From a virus (lineage: Duplodnaviria > Caudoviricetes), in IMG/VR virus record IMGVR_UViG_3300031716_000007, positions 7,075 through 71,074 of that record: 64,000 bases of DNA; one strand, given 5' to 3'. Below, piece by piece: positions 1-9,935 of the stretch; the stretch's first letter is position 1; every line of letters starts with the position of its first letter. Below the pieces are notes generated by a model that saw nothing but the letters and a program-made list of their open reading frames with translations, made no database searches and was not told the DNA's origin. A program made the position numbers and the translations under genes.

Positions 1-694
1 GACTTAAGAGTAAATAATCTCGGATGATAGCGGCCGGGTTTTTAGAAGATGTTAATGAATTCGTATCCCAACTCTGCGTCGCAGCGTCCCACGTCTTAAT
101 TTTTCGGCCAAGAACATCACAGGATGCCACAGGGTTTGAGCTGATATCATCAACCTTCGTAATGGTCAAAGCGAGGTAAGCAAGGTCACGTAAGCCCTGT
201 ACAGCCCCGCCAGCAATAGAGTCAGGTGTTTGTGTGGATGTGCCAAAATAAGGCGTGTAGCTGCTTCCAGAGAGGTTCCCAATGTCCTTCTCGTCAAGCT
301 GGACATTGCTAATTGAACTGATTTCACCAACACAGATCCCTAAAAATCTTTTAACAGTCACACCAGGATCCGATTGCCAAACAATGTTTCCACCCATCTT
401 AATCGGCCCGCCATAAACAATAGGCACAACGCCTTCGTTCGAAAAAGTATTGCTAATCGTCTGCGCAACGTTTCGGCTCTCTGGGAAAGCAACCTTATCT
501 GCGGTCCATGCTCTATATATAGAGAAGCCAATGGACACAACAGTGAGCGCCGCAGCGATCCAGGTAATGACGGCCGCTTTAACTCCAAACAAAACAAACG
601 GAGAAAATAAAAATGTTACCAATGGCGCCGCATGTGCATTGGTCGCTGGAATGAGTAATAAAAATAAAGCTAGGAATATTATTTTACGTATCAT
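1..694 (-). CDS. Tail tip / host-specificity protein (lambda J / GTA megatron-like), N-terminal part only; runs off the window
   Basis: My translation from ATG 694 (not in the ORF track): MIRKIIFLALFLLLIPATNAHAAPL...EGVVPIVYGGPIKMGGNIVWQS...SKNPAAIIRDYLLLS, open to base 1. The VPIVYG and NPA..DYL motifs are typical of tail-tip proteins, and the gene follows NlpC/P60. Confidence 0.8.
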   Translation of the reverse strand, partial: MIRKIIFLALFLLLIPATNAHAAPLVTFLFSPFVLFGVKAAVITWIAAALTVVSIGFSIYRAWTADKVAFPESRNVAQTISNTFSNEGVVPIVYGGPIKMGGNIVWQSDPGVTVKRFLGICVGEISSISNVQLDEKDIGNLSGSSYTPYFGTSTQTPDSIAGGAVQGLRDLAYLALTITKVDDISSNPVASCDVLGRKIKTWDAATQSWDTNSLTSSKNPAAIIRDYLLLS

Positions 695-1094
695 TTGGCC
701 TAAATCCTTTTAAGATCGATTCACGAATATATGATAGTTTAACTACAGAAGACCCATGATGCTTGTTCATATATAAAACCTCTCGATGATTGATACATAC
801 ACCGAGAGCGCCGACATCTTCTGCCGCCCTCAAGATAACAATATCTCCGGCATTAAGATCTTTAATCTCTACTTCATGAGCCCAGGTCCTTATTACAGAT
901 AGAATTCTTGTCAAATCATTTTTAATATTTCTAATGAGTAGTGGCTTTCCATCTCGGTGAGGGTAGTCTTTACCTCTCATGAAATTATGATACAACCAAC
1001 AGATGCCAACGCAATCACATCCATTAAAATCTTCTTTTCCGATTTTAAAAGGAATGCCGATAAGCTTGCTTAATTTGTTATAAGTTAGATTCAT
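684..1094 (-). CDS. Tail-associated NlpC/P60-family protein (lambda K / GTA-like), probably catalytically degenerate
   Basis: LIGIPFKIG...GCDCVGIC motif and GDIVIL strand; position between hub and tail tip. Start moved to ATG 1094 because the longer start lies deep in the upstream gene. Confidence 0.75.
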   Translation of the reverse strand: MNLTYNKLSKLIGIPFKIGKEDFNGCDCVGICWLYHNFMRGKDYPHRDGKPLLIRNIKNDLTRILSVIRTWAHEVEIKDLNAGDIVILRAAEDVGALGVCINHREVLYMNKHHGSSVVKLSYIRESILKGFRPNDT

Positions 1095-1947
1095 TGAGTG
1101 GTATCGCGTGAAAGCCGTGATAGTTTGACTGATTAGAATAAACATCACGACAGGTTTTTAATCGTTTATCGCATCCTCTAAAGACAGAATATGTGTCCCC
1201 AGGGCTAACACTAAAATTCATCTCGAAATCAAAAACAAGAGTTCCGGTTGATTGATCAAAATCAATGATCTTTCTTCTGGCTTTATTATTTGATCCAGAA
1301 GTCATTAAGATTTCTCCGATATTCCAATAATCATCCGGCTGGATTAATTTATTTGTATCAATAAGTGTTGCCGTTGTTCCTCCCGTCGCTGTTCCATTGA
1401 CACGATTAGCAGATGAATTCTTGTCAACCGTACAGAACGTGTCTCCGAATTTAGCATTACAATTAATTTGATATGGCCATCCTGTTTCAAAAGCTAAAGA
1501 ACTAATAATGGGAACGCAGCTGGCATCCATCGATCCTTCTTCAAAAGATATGCTTTGGATGATTCCATCAAAAACAACTTTAGCATTAACCGAATCTTCT
1601 AGATAATCCCTATACAATAAACGTGTAACAATTCTCTTATTACGAAAGTCAATGGCATTGGCATAATCGGTCATCGCACGATTTACGTTATCGACTTTAT
1701 ACGTGATTTTATCAATCTCGCCGTGCAAAGATTTTTTAATCGCGCTACGCTGCATCGCGAGTGGCTGATAAGATTGAGCTACACCACCGATATAAGTAAA
1801 GAAATTAATCTGCTTATAAAAATAACAGAAGTGCAGAGTGTTCTCATCTTCAGCCACTTGACTTCCAAGATAGATGTCATGTATTTGAATTGGACGACGC
1901 AGAACTTGATCTTTTAATTGGAATAATGTTGTTGATAAATTTAACAT
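1078..1947 (-). CDS. Baseplate hub / minor tail protein L-like (DUF2163 plus BR0599-type Cys cluster)
   Basis: CNAKFGDTFC and GCDKRLKTCRDVYSNQSNYHGF motifs match the Fe-S-binding C-terminus of this family; gene order fits. Confidence 0.85.
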   Translation of the reverse strand: MLNLSTTLFQLKDQVLRRPIQIHDIYLGSQVAEDENTLHFCYFYKQINFFTYIGGVAQSYQPLAMQRSAIKKSLHGEIDKITYKVDNVNRAMTDYANAIDFRNKRIVTRLLYRDYLEDSVNAKVVFDGIIQSISFEEGSMDASCVPIISSLAFETGWPYQINCNAKFGDTFCTVDKNSSANRVNGTATGGTTATLIDTNKLIQPDDYWNIGEILMTSGSNNKARRKIIDFDQSTGTLVFDFEMNFSVSPGDTYSVFRGCDKRLKTCRDVYSNQSNYHGFHAIPLNESNL

Positions 1948-1957
1948 TTTCTACTCC

Positions 1958-3829
1958 TTAACCTATAGAATACGTATTAAATAAAGGCCACTCGCCACTA
2001 TTTTCTGCTTCAAATGTCCATCCAATATTCATAGAAGTGCATGTGTGGTCATTGACCTTTCCTTTTGCTTTGAAGGAAAGCCTATCTCCTATATCGACGG
2101 ACAAACACCCTGGAACAATGATTGTGGTTACGGTATTTGTTAAAGTAAAGACAAGAGATGTATCAACTCCGTTCTTTCTCAAAACAATAATTCCAGGATT
2201 CGTCGCTGTGAAAGAAGCTCCCATACAAAGAATCGTAAGATTTTTAATCTTCCCAGCAACAGCAAACATAGTAAAAGGCTCTGCGCGCAGACTTAATTGT
2301 TGCCATGCCCCAGTTCCATGAATGGGATCAAAATAATCTACGGTTGTAAAAGGAGCACCTGTAAAACTTTTCCCATGATTACATTGTCTTGGATTATCTG
2401 GAATAAAATCAATGGACATTGATTTTGGGACGCCAGAAAAGAAAGCACTGCCTTGCCATCCAACAACATCGCCAGCATCAACATGGGCATTATGTGTGAC
2501 ATCTTCTCCTCGGAATTCTCCATCATTTATATGTGCGGCAAATCCCATACTAAAAAATTTATCAGATCCTACTTTCTTAATAAGAGTTAAATCTATCGTC
2601 GGAGTATTGACGGTTCCCCATATCTGAGGAGAATAATATAAGTAAGGATTCTTTACCTGCATATTATAAAATGTTCCAGGCGTTGTAATTAAAGTATGAA
2701 ATGCAAGGCTATCCCCGTTATAGCTAGAAAATAAACCAGCTTGTCCATAATTAGCATTGTCAGTAAGAGGCGCCCAGGAATTATTATGTGATGGGCCGAT
2801 CACCGGACATCGATAAGGATCACCTGTTCGCACGGCTGTTCCCATACAAATATGTGAACTTGCTGGACCATTATGCATATCTTCTCGAATATACACATGA
2901 TCGCCGTTCTCGCATTTAACGTCGGCATAAGCGATTCCATACTTAGAAGATCCAGCAATGGTTAACTGTAATGGTGTTGGCTGATCATTGTGATATAATG
3001 TAAAAACTCTTTTAGCGCTCCCGCCTGGCGCATTATTTAAATAAACACACATCCTCGTAAAGTTAAAATTCGTTGTGACTTTTGGAACAACAAACATTCT
3101 CGGTAGACTCCTTTGATATATTAAAGAGTTACCATCCCAGTTGTTATATCCTGTCTCACCACTTGTCGCTAAATGATCTGACACTGTATACCATCGTGTT
3201 GAAATCCCTGTTTGAGAAGAGCTGGATGAGCTAGAAGATGAATTGCCAGACATAGGAAAATATGTGTTCCATCGAACTTCAACAAGATCGATTCCCATAT
3301 GAAGCAATTTATAATTCACAAGCTGTCTGGTTAATTGATCATCTTTGAATCTTACTCTCATATAAAATTCATAAGATATTGTTATAACAGCCCCGAGAGT
3401 AGGCGCTGTCGTAAACGTAATATATGATTTTTCATTGGCAGTATCATTGCTTAGAACATAAGCGCTTGTTAAAACGCCACTTAATTTAGCAGAATGATTA
3501 GCAGTAGTATCAACAGGGAAATTATGTAATAAGAATTGCGTCGTTGTTCCATCACCGACGCCAATAGGTTCATCTGTCGTAGAGAAATCCGTTAGAACTT
3601 TTATTAAAAAATCATCTTTTCTGCCTTGCCGGGCAATATAAAAATCCCAAATTGTCTTAATGCTATCTTCGCTTCTAAATTTAAGACTTAATTTAAATTG
3701 GCGTAATCCAGCATCAATAAGCGCATCGCGAACTTCATGACCAGTCTCAGACTCATCAATTAAGGTTTTAAATTCAATCGTTTCTTCGAAACCAAATTCA
3801 GGTGTTAATGTAAGGATGTCTGTAATCAT
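1958..3829 (-). CDS. DUF2460-like distal tail protein paralogue A1: Dit domain, S9 linker, three beta-sandwich-like repeats
   Basis: N-terminal ~195 aa has F.TLIDESETGHE.R, GVGDGTTTQF.L and F..RVRF.DD motifs and is highly similar to 5951..7831; the C-terminus differs. Confidence 0.75.
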   Translation of the reverse strand: MITDILTLTPEFGFEETIEFKTLIDESETGHEVRDALIDAGLRQFKLSLKFRSEDSIKTIWDFYIARQGRKDDFLIKVLTDFSTTDEPIGVGDGTTTQFLLHNFPVDTTANHSAKLSGVLTSAYVLSNDTANEKSYITFTTAPTLGAVITISYEFYMRVRFKDDQLTRQLVNYKLLHMGIDLVEVRWNTYFPMSGNSSSSSSSSSQTGISTRWYTVSDHLATSGETGYNNWDGNSLIYQRSLPRMFVVPKVTTNFNFTRMCVYLNNAPGGSAKRVFTLYHNDQPTPLQLTIAGSSKYGIAYADVKCENGDHVYIREDMHNGPASSHICMGTAVRTGDPYRCPVIGPSHNNSWAPLTDNANYGQAGLFSSYNGDSLAFHTLITTPGTFYNMQVKNPYLYYSPQIWGTVNTPTIDLTLIKKVGSDKFFSMGFAAHINDGEFRGEDVTHNAHVDAGDVVGWQGSAFFSGVPKSMSIDFIPDNPRQCNHGKSFTGAPFTTVDYFDPIHGTGAWQQLSLRAEPFTMFAVAGKIKNLTILCMGASFTATNPGIIVLRKNGVDTSLVFTLTNTVTTIIVPGCLSVDIGDRLSFKAKGKVNDHTCTSMNIGWTFEAENSGEWPLFNTYSIG

Positions 3830-3831
3830 AA

Positions 3832-5949
3832 TTAGGCCACGCTTAATCTCATTGTAAAATCTGTTCCGTTTAAAGGTAGGGTTGCTCCGAATGCTGAACT
3901 GTTTACTGTAAAATAATACAATTGCCCTACATATACATTTGCACCGAAAACAATAGCAGCTTGATTATTACCTGCGGTATTAGTTACCAACGCCGTTTGA
4001 TCAGAATCAATGATACTGTCAACAGCAGCCATTAAATCAACAGACATGTATATGTTTCCGTCGGATGGATGATTATTAGCTGCAATATTAATAGTGAGCG
4101 TTCCATTTTTAGGAGCTCTCCATTTATACCAAACGCTTCTTATGACATACATTTCACATGGTTCACCCAATTCATAGTTCGCAGCAATTGTTGTCCCTCG
4201 GCGAACGATAAGGGTATTGTCACCAAGATCAATAGCATTATCAAAATCATTATTCGATGGTCTATCTCCAAATGTAAAATGAAGCTTATATGGTCCTCCG
4301 GGAACTATTGATGAAGTTGTGCTGACCGATGCAAAAGCTATATAATATGTGACTCCAACAGAAGCATAGAAGCTGATTGCGCTTGTTTGTTGGATGTTGG
4401 CGCCACTACTCTTAATGACAGGAACTAAATTTGTCAATGCTGTTCCTGTGTAAACAGCGACAACACAATACCTGAATCCTCCATGAATTTCGGTAAATGA
4501 TGGGACATAAAAAGACATCTCACCATTTTTAGTTGGTGTAAATTTATACCAAACAGTCTTTCGATTAACATATCCAGCGACATTAGATGCGTGATTAGGC
4601 TCATCTGTTTCGACACTTGCCCCAGACAAATCTCCTTCTAACAAAGAGAATGTCGTGCCTAAATCATTTAAGACATTTGAGATTTCTTGCGCATTAGCGA
4701 AATCATCATTACTTGGTCTTTGGAACTGAGTTAAGAACATTGTGAATTCAGCATCCGTAGGGGAAGAAGCATGGCTGATTTGTATTTTATATTCTTGTCC
4801 AGCGACGACGTTCATAATGAAATGGTAATTATTATCAAAAGACACTTGAGTGTATCCGACCTGCGTTAAGCTACCGACGGCCGATCCGGTATAAAAGACA
4901 ACCCATAATGTTTGGTTAGAAGGGAGAAGATATAATAATTTGAAATCAACTGAGCCTGTTCTTGGCGCTGTCCATTTGTACCATACCGTATCAGACAATC
5001 CTTGAAACGGCTCCCCGCCTTCAAGCGTTGCGCCAATAGTGTTTCCTGAAAATATTATGGCATCGTTAGAGCCTAAATTAATTGCATTTGAAAAAGCGTC
5101 ATTGGATGGTCCTCCGCTTTGTGATGATGAAGAACTCGACGACGATGAGCTCGATCGCGATGAGCTTGAGAAAGATGAGCTTGAACTCGATGAGCTGCTC
5201 GATGACGATGAGCTTGAACTTAATGAACTGCTTGAGCTAGAAAATGAAGAGCTGCTCGATGATGATGAAGAGCTTGATTGTGAAGAACTTGAAGAAGAAA
5301 GAGAGCTTGAGCTTGATGAGGAAGACGAGCTGCTAGATGAACTTGATGAAGATGAGGAGTTTCCTCTTTCTGGAATATAATTATCGAATCGAACTTCTTT
5401 TAATGTCATTCCAGTATTGAGCAATTGATAGAAAACTAATTCGCGGCTGAGCTTGTCGTCCTTGAATCTAACCTTAAAATAATATTCGTAAGTTACTTTA
5501 ATAGCTCCTGAAGATGGCGCTGAATTAAAATCGATATAAGATTTCTCGTTCTCTTCATCATTGGTAAGCACATATCCCGTGTTTGCAACATTATTAACCG
5601 TACACGAATTATTGGCAGCAGTATCTACAGGAAACCTCTTTAAGACGAATCTAGTTTTGCTACCATCGGCGGTGCCAACAGGATCGTTAGTTTCCATAAA
5701 TTCTGTTGGAATTTTTACGAGAAAATCTTCATAAGATCCTTTTCTTGCAATAAAGAAGTCCCAAATCAAATTAATTGAGTCTTGGGATAAAAACTTTATT
5801 GTCAATTTATATTCTCGTATTGTCGCCGGCCATCTTGCCGCGCGATATTCTGGACCGATTGATTGATGGTCAGAAACGTTTGTACGAAAGAGCGCCGTCT
5901 CTTCAATCCCGAATTCTGGTGTTAAATCTAGTATTCTGTCAGTTAGCAT
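3832..5949 (-). CDS. DUF2460-like distal tail protein paralogue B1: Dit domain, ~85-residue poly-Ser, three P(S)ND.F.NA repeats
   Basis: N-terminus is paralogous to 7836..9932. Three repeats of PSND.F.NA..L...G...GA..E.GEP...VWYKW/F resemble bacterial surface-protein beta-sandwich domains. Confidence 0.75.
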   Translation of the reverse strand: MLTDRILDLTPEFGIEETALFRTNVSDHQSIGPEYRAARWPATIREYKLTIKFLSQDSINLIWDFFIARKGSYEDFLVKIPTEFMETNDPVGTADGSKTRFVLKRFPVDTAANNSCTVNNVANTGYVLTNDEENEKSYIDFNSAPSSGAIKVTYEYYFKVRFKDDKLSRELVFYQLLNTGMTLKEVRFDNYIPERGNSSSSSSSSSSSSSSSSSSSLSSSSSSQSSSSSSSSSSSFSSSSSSLSSSSSSSSSSSSSSSSFSSSSRSSSSSSSSSSSQSGGPSNDAFSNAINLGSNDAIIFSGNTIGATLEGGEPFQGLSDTVWYKWTAPRTGSVDFKLLYLLPSNQTLWVVFYTGSAVGSLTQVGYTQVSFDNNYHFIMNVVAGQEYKIQISHASSPTDAEFTMFLTQFQRPSNDDFANAQEISNVLNDLGTTFSLLEGDLSGASVETDEPNHASNVAGYVNRKTVWYKFTPTKNGEMSFYVPSFTEIHGGFRYCVVAVYTGTALTNLVPVIKSSGANIQQTSAISFYASVGVTYYIAFASVSTTSSIVPGGPYKLHFTFGDRPSNNDFDNAIDLGDNTLIVRRGTTIAANYELGEPCEMYVIRSVWYKWRAPKNGTLTINIAANNHPSDGNIYMSVDLMAAVDSIIDSDQTALVTNTAGNNQAAIVFGANVYVGQLYYFTVNSSAFGATLPLNGTDFTMRLSVA

Positions 5950-5950
5950 A

Positions 5951-7831
5951 TTATGAGCTCAGTTGCCCGAAGATGGGCCATTCTCCGCCGTTGTCAGATG
6001 TAAAGACCCATGATAAATAAAAAGCTGATGAGCTCCCGTTTTGCGATGGCGCAAGAGTTACGGGAGATAATTTAATCGATAATCGATCCAATGCTGCAAT
6101 CCTAAGACACGGCTCTAAGGTAATTTTTTGCACAATATTTGTTATATTAAAAACAACATTCGTATCAACCTGATTTTTCCTAACAGTAAAAACTAATGGA
6201 AATCCAGAAACCGGAAGCGTGTTATACATCCATAAAATCATCTTTGAAATCCGGCCAGGTACGGCAAAATATGTAAACATTTTTTCAGTCGTTTCAAATC
6301 CTAAGCAGCGACCATTAATGGCGTTAAATAAATTTTGGCTAGGTGAAGTATCAATACTGCCCCATTTCTGGCAAGCATAAATGCCCTGTTTTGCTGTATC
6401 AGGAACAAAATCAATAGCGGAGCTTTGCGGATATGTTGCATTGAAATTTGTGCTTTCTCCAACATCCCAGTTATTATCATAAATTAAAATATCACCTTCC
6501 TCGACGCGAAATGCATCAGTGTTACCAATCTGATACGATAATCCAGGAATGATTGTCTTATAACCAGTAGAAACAAATCTGTCTGCAACTGTATAACGCT
6601 TGATTTCAGTAATGGCTTCTCCTAAAGATCCTGTTTGAACTCCGACGCCAGTGATTCTATTAGTAATAGACTGAAGGTTTCTTAAATATCCCGGAGCTGG
6701 CATTAAAGAGTGTACACCCAAAGCATTGGATATCCCTGCATAATTTTGAGAAAATACAGTATCTTGTGTCTCACATGGCAATATAGAACTTTTCAGATAA
6801 CCATGTATAGGTCCAGGAATCGGTTGTCTTCTTGGATCATTTGTTATGACTGAAAATCCTAAATTAATTCTAGAGGCTGTTGGTGAATTATATTGATCTT
6901 CTCTTAATTGAACATAGTCCCCGTCATTGCAAACAATAAAGCTACTGACTTCCGCCGTCTTAACAGATCCAGCAATTGTGCAAGTTAGTGTCGTCGGTAA
7001 CTCATTAATATATAAAGTAAACGTTCTTTTCTTATTTGATCCCGGAGCAGTATCCAAATAAACAATCATCCGAGATATTGTCATCTTCGTCACGCAATGC
7101 GCGTAGCTGACACGCATGAGTTGGCTTTGATTTAAAAAAGATGTTCCGTTATATGTTGTGGAAGCGCTGTTTAACCAAAAAGGCGCATACCATCGTGTTG
7201 AAATATTGTTTGCTGAAGAACTCGAAGAGCTTGATGAAGAATTACCAGACACGGGAAAATATGTATTCCATCGAACCTCAACTAAATCGAGGCCAACATT
7301 TAAAAGTTTATAGCTTACTAACTGACGACTTAACTGATCTTCTTTAAAACGAACACGTATATAAAATTCGTAAGAAGCGGTAATGATATCACCAAGCGCC
7401 GGAGCCGTAGTAAAGGTTATATAAGATTTTTCATTAGCGATATCATTGCTTAATATATAAGCTAAGTTCGCAACGCCATTTAACTTTGCAGAATTGTTTG
7501 TAGAAGTATCGACTGGAAAATTGTGTAATAGAAATTGTGTTGTTGTTCCATCACCGACGCCAATAGGTTCATCTGTAACATAAAAATCTGTGATGACTTT
7601 TATTAAAAAATCATCTGTTTTTCCTTGACGGTCCATATAAAAGTCCCACAAAGATTGAATGCTATCTTCATTTCGGAACTTAAGATTCAATTTAAACTGC
7701 CTCATTCCGGTATCAACTAAAGCATCACGCACTTCGTGGCCAGTTTCAGACTCGTCGATTAGAGTCTTGAATTCGATGCTTTCTTCAAAGCCGAATTCGG
7801 GTGTTAATGTTAAGATGTCCGTGATAGCCAT
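5951..7831 (-). CDS. DUF2460-like distal tail protein paralogue A2
   Basis: Same architecture as 1958..3829: near-identical N-domain, GN-S9 linker, diverged C-domain. Confidence 0.75.
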   Translation of the reverse strand: MAITDILTLTPEFGFEESIEFKTLIDESETGHEVRDALVDTGMRQFKLNLKFRNEDSIQSLWDFYMDRQGKTDDFLIKVITDFYVTDEPIGVGDGTTTQFLLHNFPVDTSTNNSAKLNGVANLAYILSNDIANEKSYITFTTAPALGDIITASYEFYIRVRFKEDQLSRQLVSYKLLNVGLDLVEVRWNTYFPVSGNSSSSSSSSSANNISTRWYAPFWLNSASTTYNGTSFLNQSQLMRVSYAHCVTKMTISRMIVYLDTAPGSNKKRTFTLYINELPTTLTCTIAGSVKTAEVSSFIVCNDGDYVQLREDQYNSPTASRINLGFSVITNDPRRQPIPGPIHGYLKSSILPCETQDTVFSQNYAGISNALGVHSLMPAPGYLRNLQSITNRITGVGVQTGSLGEAITEIKRYTVADRFVSTGYKTIIPGLSYQIGNTDAFRVEEGDILIYDNNWDVGESTNFNATYPQSSAIDFVPDTAKQGIYACQKWGSIDTSPSQNLFNAINGRCLGFETTEKMFTYFAVPGRISKMILWMYNTLPVSGFPLVFTVRKNQVDTNVVFNITNIVQKITLEPCLRIAALDRLSIKLSPVTLAPSQNGSSSAFYLSWVFTSDNGGEWPIFGQLSS

Positions 7832-7835
7832 AATT

Positions 7836-9932
7836 TTAAGCTACGGTTGCTTCTAATAAAAAGTCACCGCCGTAATCGGTGTCATTACAGGCAATCTGAA
7901 TAAAATAAGTGTATCCTGTATAAATTTTAGGATATGGTGAATTAAACGCATTTAAGTTACCGCTGGAATCTGGCCCAGCCCCAGGAGAATAAGGGAACAA
8001 TCGACTAATAGGAATGCCGTCATATCCGACGAAAATCATTATTCCAAGTGTTGTAATGTTGGGATCCCACTTAATATTAATGACTTGATTACCTGTCCGA
8101 GCCGGTCGCCATTTATACCAAACACTATTATTTAATGTCCCTGATGAAAACGGTTCTCCCATTTGATCTGAAGCATTAATATTTGATCCTCGAACAACAG
8201 CATGAGTCACATCGCCTAAATCATAAGCATTGGCTAAGTTATCATTGCTTGGTTGTCGCCCATATGAATATGCAAAATTAAAATTCCAGACCTTAGATGT
8301 TGTCGATATATTTGATCCCGTCGCGATTGCGATATAATATGTCGTTCCTAAATTCGCAATGAAAGAAATGCTTGTTGTACTTAAAGTGCTTTTGGCAACA
8401 GCGACTAATCCAGCAAGAGTGGTTCCTGTGTACGCCGCAATAAAAATACCCCCTCCGGACTGATCTGGGATTGGATCAGTATACGTTCTAATATTGAATG
8501 AAACTCTTCCCGAGGCTGGTGCGACAAATTTATACCAGACAGAAAACAGGTTATTATAACTAGATTCATTACTGGCATGATTAGGCTCACTTGTCTCTTT
8601 ACTTGATCCAATAAGCGTTCCGGAGACACTATAGCTGCCTGTGCTAAGATCATTAAGACCATTGGCTAAAACAATGGCATTCGCAAAATCGTCATTCGGC
8701 GGTTTTGCATTCATTGTGAAACTTAACGTAAATTGCAATTCATCCGCCGGAGATGAGTTAAATGAAACAACCTCAAATTTATATTCTTGTCCAGCCGTTA
8801 CAGCAAAGCGTCTTGGCCCAAATCCTCCGCTGCCATGAAAATCTGTATGATAAATAAATGTCAACCCTGTAAGCGTTGTGCCAGTATAAACATAAACATC
8901 AATATTGAAATTTCCATGATTGCCTGGATTAAGAACATCCATTTCTAATTGTCCGCTACGCGGAGCCGTCCAGCGATACCAAACGGTTTTTCTGCCATTA
9001 TTAGGATCATTGGCTTCATCTGTTGCGCCTATGGTATTACCATTAATAATAATAGCGTCAACAGATCCCAGGTTTGTTGCATTGGCAAAAGTATCGTTAG
9101 ATGGGCCGCCACTCTGCGATGAAGAAGAGCTGCTCGAGGATGAGCTCGATAATGACGAACTGCTCATTGACGAACTTGAACTCGATGAGCTCGACGACGA
9201 TGAAGAGCTTGAGCTACGAGATGAAGAAGAGCTTGAAAACGAAGAGCTACTAGATGATTGTGAAGAGCTGCTTGATGAAAATGAGCTTGAGCTATTTGAT
9301 GAGGAAGAGCTCGACGATGAAGAAGACGAGCTGCTTGAATTTCCTATGTCTGGATTGTAAGTATTGAAGCGGACTTCTTTTAATGTCAATCCAGTGTTAA
9401 GCAACTGATAAAAGACAAACTCTCTGGTTAATTTGTCGTCTTTAAACCTAACTTTAAAATAGAACTCATAACTAACCTTAATAGCTCCTGAAGATGGCGC
9501 TGAATTAAAATCGATATAAGATTTCTCGTTCTCTTCATCATTGGTTAAGACATAATCAGTATTAGCAATATTATTGACGGTGCATGAATTATTTGCAGCG
9601 GTATCAACGGGGAATCTTTTTAATGTAAATCTTCTTGTGCTGCCATCCGCAGTGCCAACATTCTCAAGTGTTTCGCTATATTCAGTTGGGATTTTAACTA
9701 AGAAATCTTCATAAGAACCTCGTCTAGCAATGAAAAAATCCCAAAGACTCTGCATCGCTGAGTCAGAAGCATATCGTATACTTAATTTATATTCTCTTAA
9801 AGAAGCGGACCAACGTTGGACTCTATATTCGGGGCCTATGGACTGATGATCAGAAACATTCGTGCGGTAAGTTGATATCTCTTCGATACCGAACTCTGGC
9901 GTGATGTCTAATATACGGTTGAACAATGACAT
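7836..9932 (-). CDS. DUF2460-like distal tail protein paralogue B2
   Basis: Same architecture as 3832..5949; lies directly downstream of the tape measure gene, the canonical Dit position. Confidence 0.75.
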   Translation of the reverse strand: MSLFNRILDITPEFGIEEISTYRTNVSDHQSIGPEYRVQRWSASLREYKLSIRYASDSAMQSLWDFFIARRGSYEDFLVKIPTEYSETLENVGTADGSTRRFTLKRFPVDTAANNSCTVNNIANTDYVLTNDEENEKSYIDFNSAPSSGAIKVSYEFYFKVRFKDDKLTREFVFYQLLNTGLTLKEVRFNTYNPDIGNSSSSSSSSSSSSSSNSSSSFSSSSSSQSSSSSSFSSSSSSRSSSSSSSSSSSSSSSSMSSSSLSSSSSSSSSSSQSGGPSNDTFANATNLGSVDAIIINGNTIGATDEANDPNNGRKTVWYRWTAPRSGQLEMDVLNPGNHGNFNIDVYVYTGTTLTGLTFIYHTDFHGSGGFGPRRFAVTAGQEYKFEVVSFNSSPADELQFTLSFTMNAKPPNDDFANAIVLANGLNDLSTGSYSVSGTLIGSSKETSEPNHASNESSYNNLFSVWYKFVAPASGRVSFNIRTYTDPIPDQSGGGIFIAAYTGTTLAGLVAVAKSTLSTTSISFIANLGTTYYIAIATGSNISTTSKVWNFNFAYSYGRQPSNDNLANAYDLGDVTHAVVRGSNINASDQMGEPFSSGTLNNSVWYKWRPARTGNQVINIKWDPNITTLGIMIFVGYDGIPISRLFPYSPGAGPDSSGNLNAFNSPYPKIYTGYTYFIQIACNDTDYGGDFLLEATVA

Positions 9933-9935
9933 GCA

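Noticed and set aside
1958-9932. Diversity-generating retroelement acting on tail-tip C-termini
   Set aside because: No reverse transcriptase and no near-identical template/variable pair differing only at adenines was seen in the window.
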